DNA of 64,000 bases, taken from positions 1,465 through 65,464 of the forward strand of contig JAUMWJ010000001.1 of NCBI GenBank assembly GCA_030529655.1, read 5' to 3'. Both the position numbers and the translations under genes were made by a program. Origin of the DNA: Eubacteriales bacterium. Lineage in GTDB: Bacteria; Bacillota; Clostridia; Oscillospirales; Oscillospiraceae. Shown here one piece after another: positions 26,440 through 34,963 of this stretch (positions are counted from its first letter, which is position 1; the number at the start of each line of letters is the position of its first letter). Under the pieces are notes generated by a model. It saw only the letters and a list, made by a program, of their open reading frames with translations. It made no database searches and was not told where the DNA came from.

Positions 26440-28098
26440 TCAGTTAAACACGGAAGAAAGCCAAGTATATTTTCCGATGGGCGAACCGCCGTTCCAGGTC
26501 ATGTAACCGCCGGTATTGCCGGTGTCACGAAGTGCCCGGATCTGCGCGGCCACCTCATCCGGCCCGTAGGTGTTGTACGGTTCACGGATGGCGTCGTAGG
26601 CCTGTATCCAGGTGCGTACAGCGGCAGGGGAAGCGGTTTCCTTCTGACGCTGTGATGCTTTTGCGCCGAAGGCGTGCATGGTGTCATAGGGATGTTCCCA
26701 GGGCCGATAGCTGCCCGATGCACCGTAGTGATCGGGATAGGGCATGGCGGAAATGGCATCCACCACTGCGCTGATGGCAGGCCAGTACTGCCCGTAGGCG
26801 GTCACATAGTCCTCCGCGCACTCACCAAACACATCGGCAGAGATGTACACGCCGGCGTTGTGCAGTCGTGCGGCGGCATATTGCAGGAATCGCTGTACCG
26901 CCTGTGCCTTGCTTTCGCCGTAGGTGTTGCGGTAGTCAATGCTGCCGTTCTCCTCGTAGCGCCATGTGCCGTCGGGGAAGCGGCAGTAGTCGAACTGGAT
27001 CTCGTTGAAGCCCATCAGCTCCACTGCCTCCAGCGCCAGATCCACCTTGTACTGCCACACGGTGCGGTTATATACGCTGGGCCAGTACATCCCCACCACC
27101 TTCAGCGGCGCACCGCTCTTGTCGGCGATCAGACATTCCGGGTGATCCAATGCCAGATTGGGGTCATTGAACGCGGTAATGCGACCGATCACATAGTAGC
27201 CGGCACCTTTCAGCGCGGCAATTCCCTGTCGGTATTCCTCTGCGGTGTTGCAGGCATCGCCGTAGGCGCTGGGGGAGAACGCCTGCATTACAGGGGAAGC
27301 GTAGCCGATGGCGCCGCCGTCCATAATGTCCACCACGAAGGCGTTGATACCGCAGTTGTTGGCGATAGCCACATAGTCGGCTGCTCGGGTAACGGATTCC
27401 ACGTTCAGATAAAGCGCCTTCACCTCATCGGGCATGATATTGTCCGTAAAATGGGGCTTGTCAAATGGCAGATAGTCCAGATCGGCTGCATTACCGCCGC
27501 CGTAGCTGTCGCCGCGCGCGGTGTGTAAGGCAAGCAGCTCTTTGCTGTATACCGCCGTAGCCGAGTCCTCGTCAAGACAAACATTGGCAGCGGCAATATA
27601 GCCGCCCTCCACCAGATAACGCTCCACGCTGCCGTCTTGCTGCAGTCCGTCATAACCTGTAACGGTAAGTGCCTGTCCTCTTTTCACCAGATCACCGGGC
27701 ACAACACCCGTCTTGTCCAGCAGATTGACGGTGCGCTTTACATAGACCGCAGGCGTGGTGACCACCTCGGAAATGTCAGATACCAGATTCTCCTGCGGCA
27801 GATAGCCAAAGCTCTCATCTTCCCGCAGGATACGAATGAGTGTATCCTTCTCCTGCGATGTTTCCGTCACGAAATGCACGGTACTGCCGCGCACCAGACG
27901 GTCAATTTCGTTGCCGTCCTCATCATAGAGTGCTGCCGTTTCCGTAGGGGAGGCAATGTAGCCGTCGGCTATGGCGAGGGGCTTGGCATTGTGGCGCACA
28001 ATGATGGCAATGACCAGCGTGATAACGATCACCGCACCGGCGATCACAGGTATGATCCACTGTGTCTGCCTTTTTTTCCGTTCCTGTACAGCAGGCAT
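26440..28098 (-). CDS. Membrane-anchored putative glycoside hydrolase (DUF4015-like TIM barrel)
   Basis: N-terminal TM. GINAFVVDIMDGG and GFNEIQFDYCRFPDG motifs as in DUF4015. The family call is from memory. Confidence 0.6.
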   Translation of the reverse strand: MPAVQERKKRQTQWIIPVIAGAVIVITLVIAIIVRHNAKPLAIADGYIASPTETAALYDEDGNEIDRLVRGSTVHFVTETSQEKDTLIRILREDESFGYLPQENLVSDISEVVTTPAVYVKRTVNLLDKTGVVPGDLVKRGQALTVTGYDGLQQDGSVERYLVEGGYIAAANVCLDEDSATAVYSKELLALHTARGDSYGGGNAADLDYLPFDKPHFTDNIMPDEVKALYLNVESVTRAADYVAIANNCGINAFVVDIMDGGAIGYASPVMQAFSPSAYGDACNTAEEYRQGIAALKGAGYYVIGRITAFNDPNLALDHPECLIADKSGAPLKVVGMYWPSVYNRTVWQYKVDLALEAVELMGFNEIQFDYCRFPDGTWRYEENGSIDYRNTYGESKAQAVQRFLQYAAARLHNAGVYISADVFGECAEDYVTAYGQYWPAISAVVDAISAMPYPDHYGASGSYRPWEHPYDTMHAFGAKASQRQKETASPAAVRTWIQAYDAIREPYNTYGPDEVAAQIRALRDTGNTGGYMTWNGGSPIGKYTWLSSVFN

Positions 28099-28204
28099 AG
28101 ATAAAATCCGTCCTTTCCTAATATCTATGGTTTATTATACGGAATCCTGCGACAGAAAGCTACCGTTTTCGTGTTATTTTTTTATTTTCCTTTATAACTC
28201 GCAA

Positions 28205-28233
28205 TGGACAGTGCCGCACAACCGTGCTATACT
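28205..28233 (+). promoter_or_regulatory. Candidate alr promoter
   Basis: TGGACA-17 nt-TATACT with TGC (extended -10). Confidence 0.55.
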
Positions 28234-28274
28234 CGATGTAATAAGATACCATAGGAAGAAAAGGGAGTGTTTTC

Positions 28275-29441
28275 ATGGAATCCACGCTGCGAAGGACATG
28301 GGCGGAAATCGATCTGGATGCCTTGGCTCATAATTACAGTGTACTGCGCCGCCATGTGGGTCATGCCAAATTTTTGGGTGTCGTGAAGGCAGATGCATAC
28401 GGCCACGGCGCCGTGCAGGTATCCCGTGTACTGCAGGAGCTGGGCGCAGACTATTTGGCGGTGTCCAGTATTGACGAGGCCATGGAATTACGCGCCAACG
28501 GCGTCACCATGCCGATTTTGATTCTCGGTCATACGCCCAAGGAGCAGGTAGGGCGTTTGATCGAGCACCATATCACCCAGGCGATCACCTGTCACGCCAA
28601 GGCCCTGGAATACAGTGAGGAGGCGGTGCGCTGCGGCGGTACGCTGACGGTGCATATTAAGGTGGACACCGGTATGTCCCGTTTGGGCTATTTGTGCGAT
28701 GGTGACCATTTTTCCACCGGTGTAGACGGCATTTGCGCTGCCTGCTCCATGCCGGGACTGTCTGTGGAGGGCATTTTTACTCACTTTGCCGTATCTGATG
28801 AGCCGGACGAGGATAGTGTGGCCTATACCAAGGCGCAATTTTCTCTGTTCTGCCGTGTGATCGATGCCGCGCAGGCGCGCAGCGGCCATCACTTCGCGCT
28901 GCGTCACTGCGCCAATACAGGCGCCACGGCGTGTTACAGCGAAACCCATCTGGATATGGTGCGACCGGGCCTGCTGCTCTATGGCTGCGGCGCGTTTGCC
29001 CAAAAACTGGGACTTCGTCCGGTGATGACGCTTAAATCCACTGTCAGCACCATAAAATTCTATGCGCCCGGCACATCGGTCAGCTATGGCCGCCTATTCA
29101 CCACCGACCGTACCACCCGTATGGGCGTGTTGCCCTATGGCTATGCCGATGGATTTTTCCGCTCACTCTCCAATCGCTGCTCGCTGATGACGGAATATGG
29201 CGCAGCACCTCAGCGCGGCAAGATCTGCATGGATATGTGCATGATCGACCTGACGGAGCTTCCGCAGGTGGATGTAGGCGATGAGGTGGAGATTTTCGGC
29301 AAGCGCAACAGCGTCAACGATCTGGCGGCGCTGGCAGGCACGATTCCTTATGAGCTGACCTGTGCGGTCAGCAAGCGTGTGCCCCGTATTTATCTGCGCG
29401 GCGGACAGGTGACAGATCGTGAGCTGCTGCTTCGATTTTAA
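28275..29441 (+). CDS. alr: Alanine racemase
   Basis: VVKADAYGHG PLP-Lys motif. Alr-like along its full length. Confidence 0.95.
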   Translation: MESTLRRTWAEIDLDALAHNYSVLRRHVGHAKFLGVVKADAYGHGAVQVSRVLQELGADYLAVSSIDEAMELRANGVTMPILILGHTPKEQVGRLIEHHITQAITCHAKALEYSEEAVRCGGTLTVHIKVDTGMSRLGYLCDGDHFSTGVDGICAACSMPGLSVEGIFTHFAVSDEPDEDSVAYTKAQFSLFCRVIDAAQARSGHHFALRHCANTGATACYSETHLDMVRPGLLLYGCGAFAQKLGLRPVMTLKSTVSTIKFYAPGTSVSYGRLFTTDRTTRMGVLPYGYADGFFRSLSNRCSLMTEYGAAPQRGKICMDMCMIDLTELPQVDVGDEVEIFGKRNSVNDLAALAGTIPYELTCAVSKRVPRIYLRGGQVTDRELLLRF

Positions 29442-29450
29442 AGGAAAAAG

Positions 29451-29475
29451 GCGATCCTTTCGGATCGCTTTTTTT
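29451..29475 (+). terminator. Intrinsic terminator after alr
   Basis: GCGATCC-TTTC-GGATCGC followed by T7. Confidence 0.85.
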
Positions 29476-29506
29476 GGCATCTTGCCGCGAAAAATGTCAT
29501 TTTGCG

Positions 29507-29536
29507 GTGGACAGCACCCTGACAACTGTGCTATAC
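29507..29536 (+). promoter_or_regulatory. Candidate promoter of the dockerin/cohesin operon
   Basis: TGGACA-18 nt-TATACT with TGC (extended -10). Confidence 0.5.
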
Positions 29537-29596
29537 TGATACTGAAGAATTATGTAAATCAGCTTAGCTGTATCGATAGATAAAAGGAGACGCCAC

Positions 29597-32005
29597 ATGA
29601 AATCACTCCGCCGCGGAACATCTATTATATTGTGCCTGTGCGTACTTGTGACGCTGGTACCGGGCTTGTTGCTGCTGTTTGCCTCCGCCACGGCGGCTGA
29701 CGATCAGGAGGAAGCGCTGCTGGGTACGCTCAGCGCCCGTTACGAATCCTCCGGTCCCGGCGCAATTTCCAGCGGTGTGGGCGATTCCGGCGGCAAGTCC
29801 TACGGGTCCTATCAGTTTGCCAGCAGATACGACATACCCAAGGCGTTTTTCCAGTGGTGTCAGAAATCAAGCAACCTACTTTATAAGTCTTTTGGCGATA
29901 CGCTGAGCGCGGCATATCAGGACGATGGATCGTCCTATAACGAAAAATTCGATGCAGCATGGAAGAAGCTCGCTTCGGAAAATAAAAGCGGCTTTGAACA
30001 GGCGCAGCGCAATTATGTACGCACAAGCTACTATGACCCCATCGTCACCAAGGCAGAGGCCAATATTTCCGGCTTCAAGGTCAGCAATTACAGTATTGCC
30101 CTGCGTAATGTACTCTGGTCCCGTTCGGTGCAGCACGGCTCCGGCGGTGCATTGGAGGTGCTGCAAAAGGCATTTGCGGCCATCGGCGGCTTTTATAATC
30201 AGCCGGAGAGTGAGCTGATCGATGCCATTTACGCCGAATCCGGCAGATTAACGGACTCAAGCGCAACGAAAATGTCCGGCGACACGGCACAGCGCTACGG
30301 TATCAGCGGCAAAAGTCTGGCATGGTATGACGGCTGCAGCGGCGATGTGCAGCTTGGCGTGTATATCCGTCTGCGTATCAATGAGCCGGCAGACGCGCAG
30401 GCGATGCTGGCCAATTACGGTTATCAGGACGATAAGGTGGGACAGGGCACCTACCGCATCTTACTGCCCACCAACGCGAAATTGGGTGTGGTGGCAGGAA
30501 GCTCCGATCTGACGATCAACACCGCGTCAGACAATGATACACAGCGCTTTTTGCTGACCTATTATGCCAGCGGCTATTATGTGATCACCGGTGTATCCTC
30601 CGGCAAGCGTTTGACGGCGAACAGTGACGGCACAGTCACCTTAACAGCGCCCACCACCAATGATAACCAGATGTGGCAGGCGACAAAATCTGACAGCGGC
30701 TTTACGCTGAAAAACCGCGGCACCGGTACATATCTTACCGCCTCCACCTTCTCTGCCGGCAGTAAACTCCAGGCCGGCAGCACCGCCACACAATGGCAGC
30801 TGCAGCGTGCCGGAAGCGACTGGACGCTGGAGGGGATCAGTTGTCCGTCCTATACCTCCGGCTTGACCGAGGGCAATTCCGGCTACTGGCTCCGTGGAAC
30901 GCTGCGCTGCGCGTACCCTATTTCCAAGGTCACCGTACAGGTGGTGAACAATGCCACCGGCAAGGACGCCTTCACACCTGCCACGGCAACAGGCATTAAT
31001 GCTACAAGCTATAATTTAAGCAAGCTGGACGATGATGTGGCATTCAGCCGATTAAAGGCAGGCAGCTATACCTGCGTTATTACCGCCACCAGCTCTGCTC
31101 CCACGGACGGTACATTTGTCTGGAAACGGGCATTCTATGTGGTGGCGAATCCCAGCACGGTCACGCTGAATGCCAACGGCGGCAAATGCGACACCGCCAC
31201 GCTTAGGGTCAATGTGGGCAGCGTTTACGGCGAATTGCCCACGGCAACGCAGGACGGCTGTACTTTCCTGGGCTGGTATACGGAGGCCTCCGGTGGCACG
31301 AAGATTGAGCCGAATACGGTGGTGCCCTCCGGCAATCGCACGCTCTATGCCCATTATCAAAGCACTACGCAGTATAGCTATACCTTCTACAACTATGACG
31401 GCAAAACGGTGGTATCCTCGGGCAAGCTGAATTCCGGCAGTACGATCCCCGTACCCACATCGCCCACCCACCCGTCGGATAGTCAGTATTATTACACATT
31501 TGCCGGTTGGAGCGGCTATACCGACGGCATGAAGATCACAAAGGATGTAACCTTCACTGCCCGGTTTGACAAGCATGAAATCGCCAGTGCCGACAAGATA
31601 ACAACGGATGCCTACCGGATCAGCGGCAGTTACCTGCGTGCCATTTCGCTGGAAACAGAAACAAAAACGCTGCAAAGCCATTTGAAGCCCAGCGAGTTTG
31701 TCACCATCCATAAGGGCAGTGCCACGGCGTCCGGACTGGTTGGCACCGGTATGACGGTGGACTTTGCGCCGGCCGGCAAGGTGACGCAGACGCTTACCGT
31801 AGTTGTCACAGGCGATTTGAATGGTGACGGCAAATGCACCTTGACAGATATGGTGCAGCTTCGTTCCCATCTTTTAAAGAAGAGCACGCTGAAGAATGCG
31901 GCGTTGCAGGCGGCGGATGTGAACGGTGACGGCAGTTGTACATTGACGGATATGGTGCAGCTTCGGGCCTACTTGCTGCATCGCGGCAGTATCAAGGCCA
32001 ACTAA
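29597..32005 (+). CDS. Secreted multidomain protein: lysozyme-superfamily-like N-domain, ricin-B-like lectin, Listeria-Bacteroides repeats, C-terminal dockerin
   Basis: Signal peptide. YESSGPGAISSGVGDSGGKSYGSYQF. QxW motifs (QMWQA, TQWQL). FLGWYTEASGG and YTFAGWSGY. Tandem DxNGDGxCTLTDMVQLR. Confidence 0.8.
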   Translation: MKSLRRGTSIILCLCVLVTLVPGLLLLFASATAADDQEEALLGTLSARYESSGPGAISSGVGDSGGKSYGSYQFASRYDIPKAFFQWCQKSSNLLYKSFGDTLSAAYQDDGSSYNEKFDAAWKKLASENKSGFEQAQRNYVRTSYYDPIVTKAEANISGFKVSNYSIALRNVLWSRSVQHGSGGALEVLQKAFAAIGGFYNQPESELIDAIYAESGRLTDSSATKMSGDTAQRYGISGKSLAWYDGCSGDVQLGVYIRLRINEPADAQAMLANYGYQDDKVGQGTYRILLPTNAKLGVVAGSSDLTINTASDNDTQRFLLTYYASGYYVITGVSSGKRLTANSDGTVTLTAPTTNDNQMWQATKSDSGFTLKNRGTGTYLTASTFSAGSKLQAGSTATQWQLQRAGSDWTLEGISCPSYTSGLTEGNSGYWLRGTLRCAYPISKVTVQVVNNATGKDAFTPATATGINATSYNLSKLDDDVAFSRLKAGSYTCVITATSSAPTDGTFVWKRAFYVVANPSTVTLNANGGKCDTATLRVNVGSVYGELPTATQDGCTFLGWYTEASGGTKIEPNTVVPSGNRTLYAHYQSTTQYSYTFYNYDGKTVVSSGKLNSGSTIPVPTSPTHPSDSQYYYTFAGWSGYTDGMKITKDVTFTARFDKHEIASADKITTDAYRISGSYLRAISLETETKTLQSHLKPSEFVTIHKGSATASGLVGTGMTVDFAPAGKVTQTLTVVVTGDLNGDGKCTLTDMVQLRSHLLKKSTLKNAALQAADVNGDGSCTLTDMVQLRAYLLHRGSIKAN
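31814..31966 (+). repeat. Intragenic tandem duplication encoding the two dockerin Ca-binding segments
   Basis: GATTTGAATGGTGACGGCAAATGCACCTTGACAGATATGGTGCAGCTTCG and GATGTGAACGGTGACGGCAGTTGTACATTGACGGATATGGTGCAGCTTCG, 102 nt apart. Confidence 0.9.
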
Positions 32006-32017
32006 TGGGAGGAACCT

Positions 32018-33526
32018 ATGAAAGCAAAGATGAAAAAATGGATGTCCCGGCTTTTTGCAGCGGTTCTGATGTTTGTCATGGCGTCAAGTATTATACCGCA
32101 GCGCGCTGAGGCGGCCGGTGCCAGTCTCAGCGGCAGCAGCTCGCTGCGTGCCGGTAATACGGTCACGCTGACCTTCTCTGTCAGCGGCAGCGGTATCGTT
32201 GCGCTGCAGGGCACTTTGAATTATGACAGCAGCAAGCTGGAATTTATCGGCATGGATCAGCTCATCGGCGGTTCTTGGGGTGTGGAAATGAGCGGCAGCA
32301 GCTTTATGGCGGATGACAGCAAGCTGTCCAGTCCCATTAACAGCAGTGCCAACATTCTTTCCGTCACTTTCCGTGTGAAGTCCGGCGTGTCTGCCGGCTC
32401 TACGGTGTCTGCCGGCATAACCGGTATCACCGCATCCAACGGCAGTAAGGACATTTCCCTTGGCAGCGCCTCCTGGAGCGCCAAAATTCTTGCGCCGCTT
32501 TCCGGCAATGCGTCTCTTTCCGGGCTATATTGCGCCGATGCTGCGCTTTCTCCGTCTTTCTCCGCTGATACGACTTATTATACCGTCACGGTACCCTATG
32601 AGGTCACATCTCTGTCCCTGGATTATGATACGGCAGACAGCGGCGCTGACGCATATGTATCCGGCAACGATCTGAGCGTGGGCAGTAATACGGTCACCAT
32701 TTCCGTGGAAGCGGCAAACGGCACGATGAAATATTATACCATCGAGGTCACACGCCAGCAGGATCCCAACTATAAGGCCGGTACAAATGCGGACCTTGCG
32801 ACACTGACGGTGTCCTCCGGCGCTCTAAGCCCTGCCTTTTCCGCCAATGTGACCGATTATGTGGTCTATGTGCCCTATGAAACAAAGGACTTCACCGTTG
32901 CCGGTACGGCAAATGATAGCAAGGCGCAGGGTGTGACAGAGAAAACCGCCGCGCTGTCAGAGGGTGATAATGAATTGACCGTGGTCTGCACTGCCGAGGA
33001 CGGTACCACGACAAAGACATATACCGTCCATGTGTACCGCATGCCTGCCTACCAAGGCGTCATGCCCACCATTACAGCGCCCGATGCCGAAGCAATGGCA
33101 AATCAGGGTGATGCCGATGAATTATTGATTCCTGCCACATGGAAATTGCCCTTTGTAGGCGAAGTACCCGTTTACTATGTAGCGGGGGCGGCCCTGTTGG
33201 TGCTGCTGGTGATTTTCTATGTGATCGGCACGCTGGTCGGTCGAGCTGCAGGCAAGAAAAAAGCCCTTAAGGGCCTGCAAGCACCGTCCGAAGAGGAAAG
33301 CGCCGCCGTAGAAGCGGTGGCTGCGCCGGAAGAGGAGCCGACCGAAGAACCGATAGCGGAGGAACCACCTGTGATGGAGGCAATCGCCGAAGAAAAGACG
33401 GGTGAAGAGGCGATCGAGGAGCTGGAGCAAGAGACGACTCAGCCGCCTGTGCCGCAGGCAGCTCCCGACGATGTACTCTGTGAGGTGAGCATTGATGAAC
33501 TGCTCGAAGACATTCGTAATATGTGA
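32018..33526 (+). CDS. Membrane-anchored cohesin-like protein with two cadherin-like beta-sandwich domains and an acidic C-terminal tail
   Basis: Signal peptide. VTLTFSVSGSGIVALQGTLNYDSSKLEF (cohesin-like). Two LSPxFS...YxVxVPYE repeats. TM helix YYVAGAALLVLLVIFYVIGTLVG. E/P-rich tail. Confidence 0.7.
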   Translation: MKAKMKKWMSRLFAAVLMFVMASSIIPQRAEAAGASLSGSSSLRAGNTVTLTFSVSGSGIVALQGTLNYDSSKLEFIGMDQLIGGSWGVEMSGSSFMADDSKLSSPINSSANILSVTFRVKSGVSAGSTVSAGITGITASNGSKDISLGSASWSAKILAPLSGNASLSGLYCADAALSPSFSADTTYYTVTVPYEVTSLSLDYDTADSGADAYVSGNDLSVGSNTVTISVEAANGTMKYYTIEVTRQQDPNYKAGTNADLATLTVSSGALSPAFSANVTDYVVYVPYETKDFTVAGTANDSKAQGVTEKTAALSEGDNELTVVCTAEDGTTTKTYTVHVYRMPAYQGVMPTITAPDAEAMANQGDADELLIPATWKLPFVGEVPVYYVAGAALLVLLVIFYVIGTLVGRAAGKKKALKGLQAPSEEESAAVEAVAAPEEEPTEEPIAEEPPVMEAIAEEKTGEEAIEELEQETTQPPVPQAAPDDVLCEVSIDELLEDIRNM

Positions 33527-33547
33527 TCACAAAAGCAAATATTGACA

Positions 33548-33588
33548 GAAAAAGGACGGGGGAGACCCCCGTCCTTTTGCATTTTTTA
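33548..33588. terminator. Bidirectional terminator (cohesin gene / hpf)
   Basis: AAAGGACGGGGG-AGA-CCCCCGTCCTTT with an A-run and a T-run as flanks. Confidence 0.9.
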
Positions 33589-34128
33589 TTATTCGTCCGT
33601 TTCAATCAGACCGTAGCCGCCGTTGTTGCGCCGATACACGATGCAAACGGCGTGATCGTCCACATGGCGAAATACGTAGAAAGAGTGCCCCAGCAGATTC
33701 ATCTGCAAAATCGCCTCGTCGGTGGTCATCGGCTTCACGGCGAAGCGTTTGGTGCGTACCACATGGAAGTCTTCGTCCTCCACCAGATCAAATTCCGCAG
33801 GCACATCGGAAACCAAAGCTTCAGCGCGCAGATTTTTGGCAAGGCGTGTCTTGTTCTTGCGGATACGGCGATCAATGAAGGATACCGCCTCGTCAATAGC
33901 GCCGCGCATATCGCCGTCCACATCCTCAGCCTGTGCGCGGAACAGCGTTCCGTTGGCGGCGCGAATGGTCAGCTCCACCACACAGCGGTTTTTCTTCTCC
34001 ACGGCGAAGATCACAAAAGCGTCTGCCTCATCGGGGAAATAGCGATCCAGCTTACCGATTTTCTTTTCGGCGTATTCCTTGATAGAGTCGTTCAACGCGA
34101 TTTTCTTGCAGGTAAAAGTAAACTTCAT
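33589..34128 (-). CDS. hpf: Ribosome hibernation promoting factor (long HPF / RaiA family)
   Basis: 179 aa. N-terminal sigma-54-modulation/S30AE fold and a C-terminal dimerisation domain. Confidence 0.9.
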   Translation of the reverse strand: MKFTFTCKKIALNDSIKEYAEKKIGKLDRYFPDEADAFVIFAVEKKNRCVVELTIRAANGTLFRAQAEDVDGDMRGAIDEAVSFIDRRIRKNKTRLAKNLRAEALVSDVPAEFDLVEDEDFHVVRTKRFAVKPMTTDEAILQMNLLGHSFYVFRHVDDHAVCIVYRRNNGGYGLIETDE

Positions 34129-34203
34129 AGATTAGGCTCCTTTCGCTGATCCATAGGGACGGAGAAAAGGGTCGGGGAGGCGTTTCCCTTTATCCTTATT
34201 GAT

Positions 34204-34265
34204 AGTATAACACATTGCTCAACGCTTGAAAAGTAGTATATAACAAATTTGTGCAAAATAAACAA
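34204..34265 (-). promoter_or_regulatory. Two candidate extended -10 promoters for hpf
   Basis: Minus strand: TTGTTT-17 nt-(TGT)TATATA, and TTTCAA-16 nt-(TGT)TATACT. Confidence 0.45.
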
Positions 34266-34433
34266 AAATGCAAAAGCGGTGTGCCATTCGACAGATTGTC
34301 TGTGTTTTCGACGGTGGGCGACAAAAGTTCCTATTTACAAAATGGCATCAGCGGTTTACCATAAGTATCGGAAGCTTTCCAATATCCCACCCGCTTGGGC
34401 CGCTCTGTTTCAGGCAGAGCGGCTCCTTTTTTT
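34250..34433 (+). ncRNA. Candidate orphan structured sRNA next to hpf (strand uncertain)
   Basis: No credible ORF. TTGCTC-16 nt-TATATA at 34215-34242. Internal complementary segments. Strong plus-strand terminator at the 3' end. Confidence 0.35.
34397..34433 (+). terminator. Plus-strand intrinsic terminator with no upstream plus-strand gene
   Basis: GCCGCTCTG-TTTCAGG-CAGAGCGGC, then TCC and T7. Confidence 0.75.
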
Positions 34434-34483
34434 ACCAAAGGGCAAGACGGCGATTCGGCACCGGGATGAGAGGGCGTATAGAC

Positions 34484-34519
34484 AAAAATCGGAAGGCGAT
34501 CGCCTTCCGATTTTTATTT
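34484..34519 (-). terminator. Terminator after the S1-domain gene
   Basis: ATCGGAAGGCG-AT-CGCCTTCCGAT with T-runs on both strands. Confidence 0.85.
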
Positions 34520-34924
34520 TCTTCTTCCTCTGCTGCGTTTGTTGTCACGGTTGCGGTTCAGTTCGGACATTTTGCTGTCAGATGCTGACAAAAACTGTTT
34601 CAATTTGTCCTCAAAGGACGGTTCGGCAGCCGCCACGGGCTGCATAGGAGCGGGGTTGGTGCGTGGGCCATAATGACCGTGCATAGGACGGACTTGCGCC
34701 TGCTTGATAGACAGGTTAATGCGTCCCCCCGGGGTAATGGAAAGGACCTTCACCTGTACTTCCTGACCTGTTTCCAGAAAGTGATGCACATCATCTACGA
34801 AGCGGTTTGCCACCTCCGAAATATGTACCAAACCGGACTTGCCGCCCTCCAGTGCCACAAATGCGCCGAATTTGGTGATAGTGGTTACCTTACCGCTCAG
34901 AATCGTTCCAACTGCCAGCTCCAT
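34514..34924 (-). CDS. yabR: S1 RNA-binding domain protein (YabR-like)
   Basis: GKVTTITKFGAFVALEGGKSGLVHISE S1 motif. Position after divIC, as in Bacillus. Confidence 0.85.
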   Translation of the reverse strand: MELAVGTILSGKVTTITKFGAFVALEGGKSGLVHISEVANRFVDDVHHFLETGQEVQVKVLSITPGGRINLSIKQAQVRPMHGHYGPRTNPAPMQPVAAAEPSFEDKLKQFLSASDSKMSELNRNRDNKRSRGRRK

Positions 34925-34963
34925 AGTTCTCTGTTTGTACTCCCTTCGTATGATGGGACTTGC

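Noticed and set aside
34249-34647. 132-aa and 106-aa plus-strand ORFs in the hpf/S1 intergenic region.
   Set aside because: They have no SD, cross two intrinsic terminators and run antisense into the S1 gene. The region is treated as non-coding RNA or promoter space.
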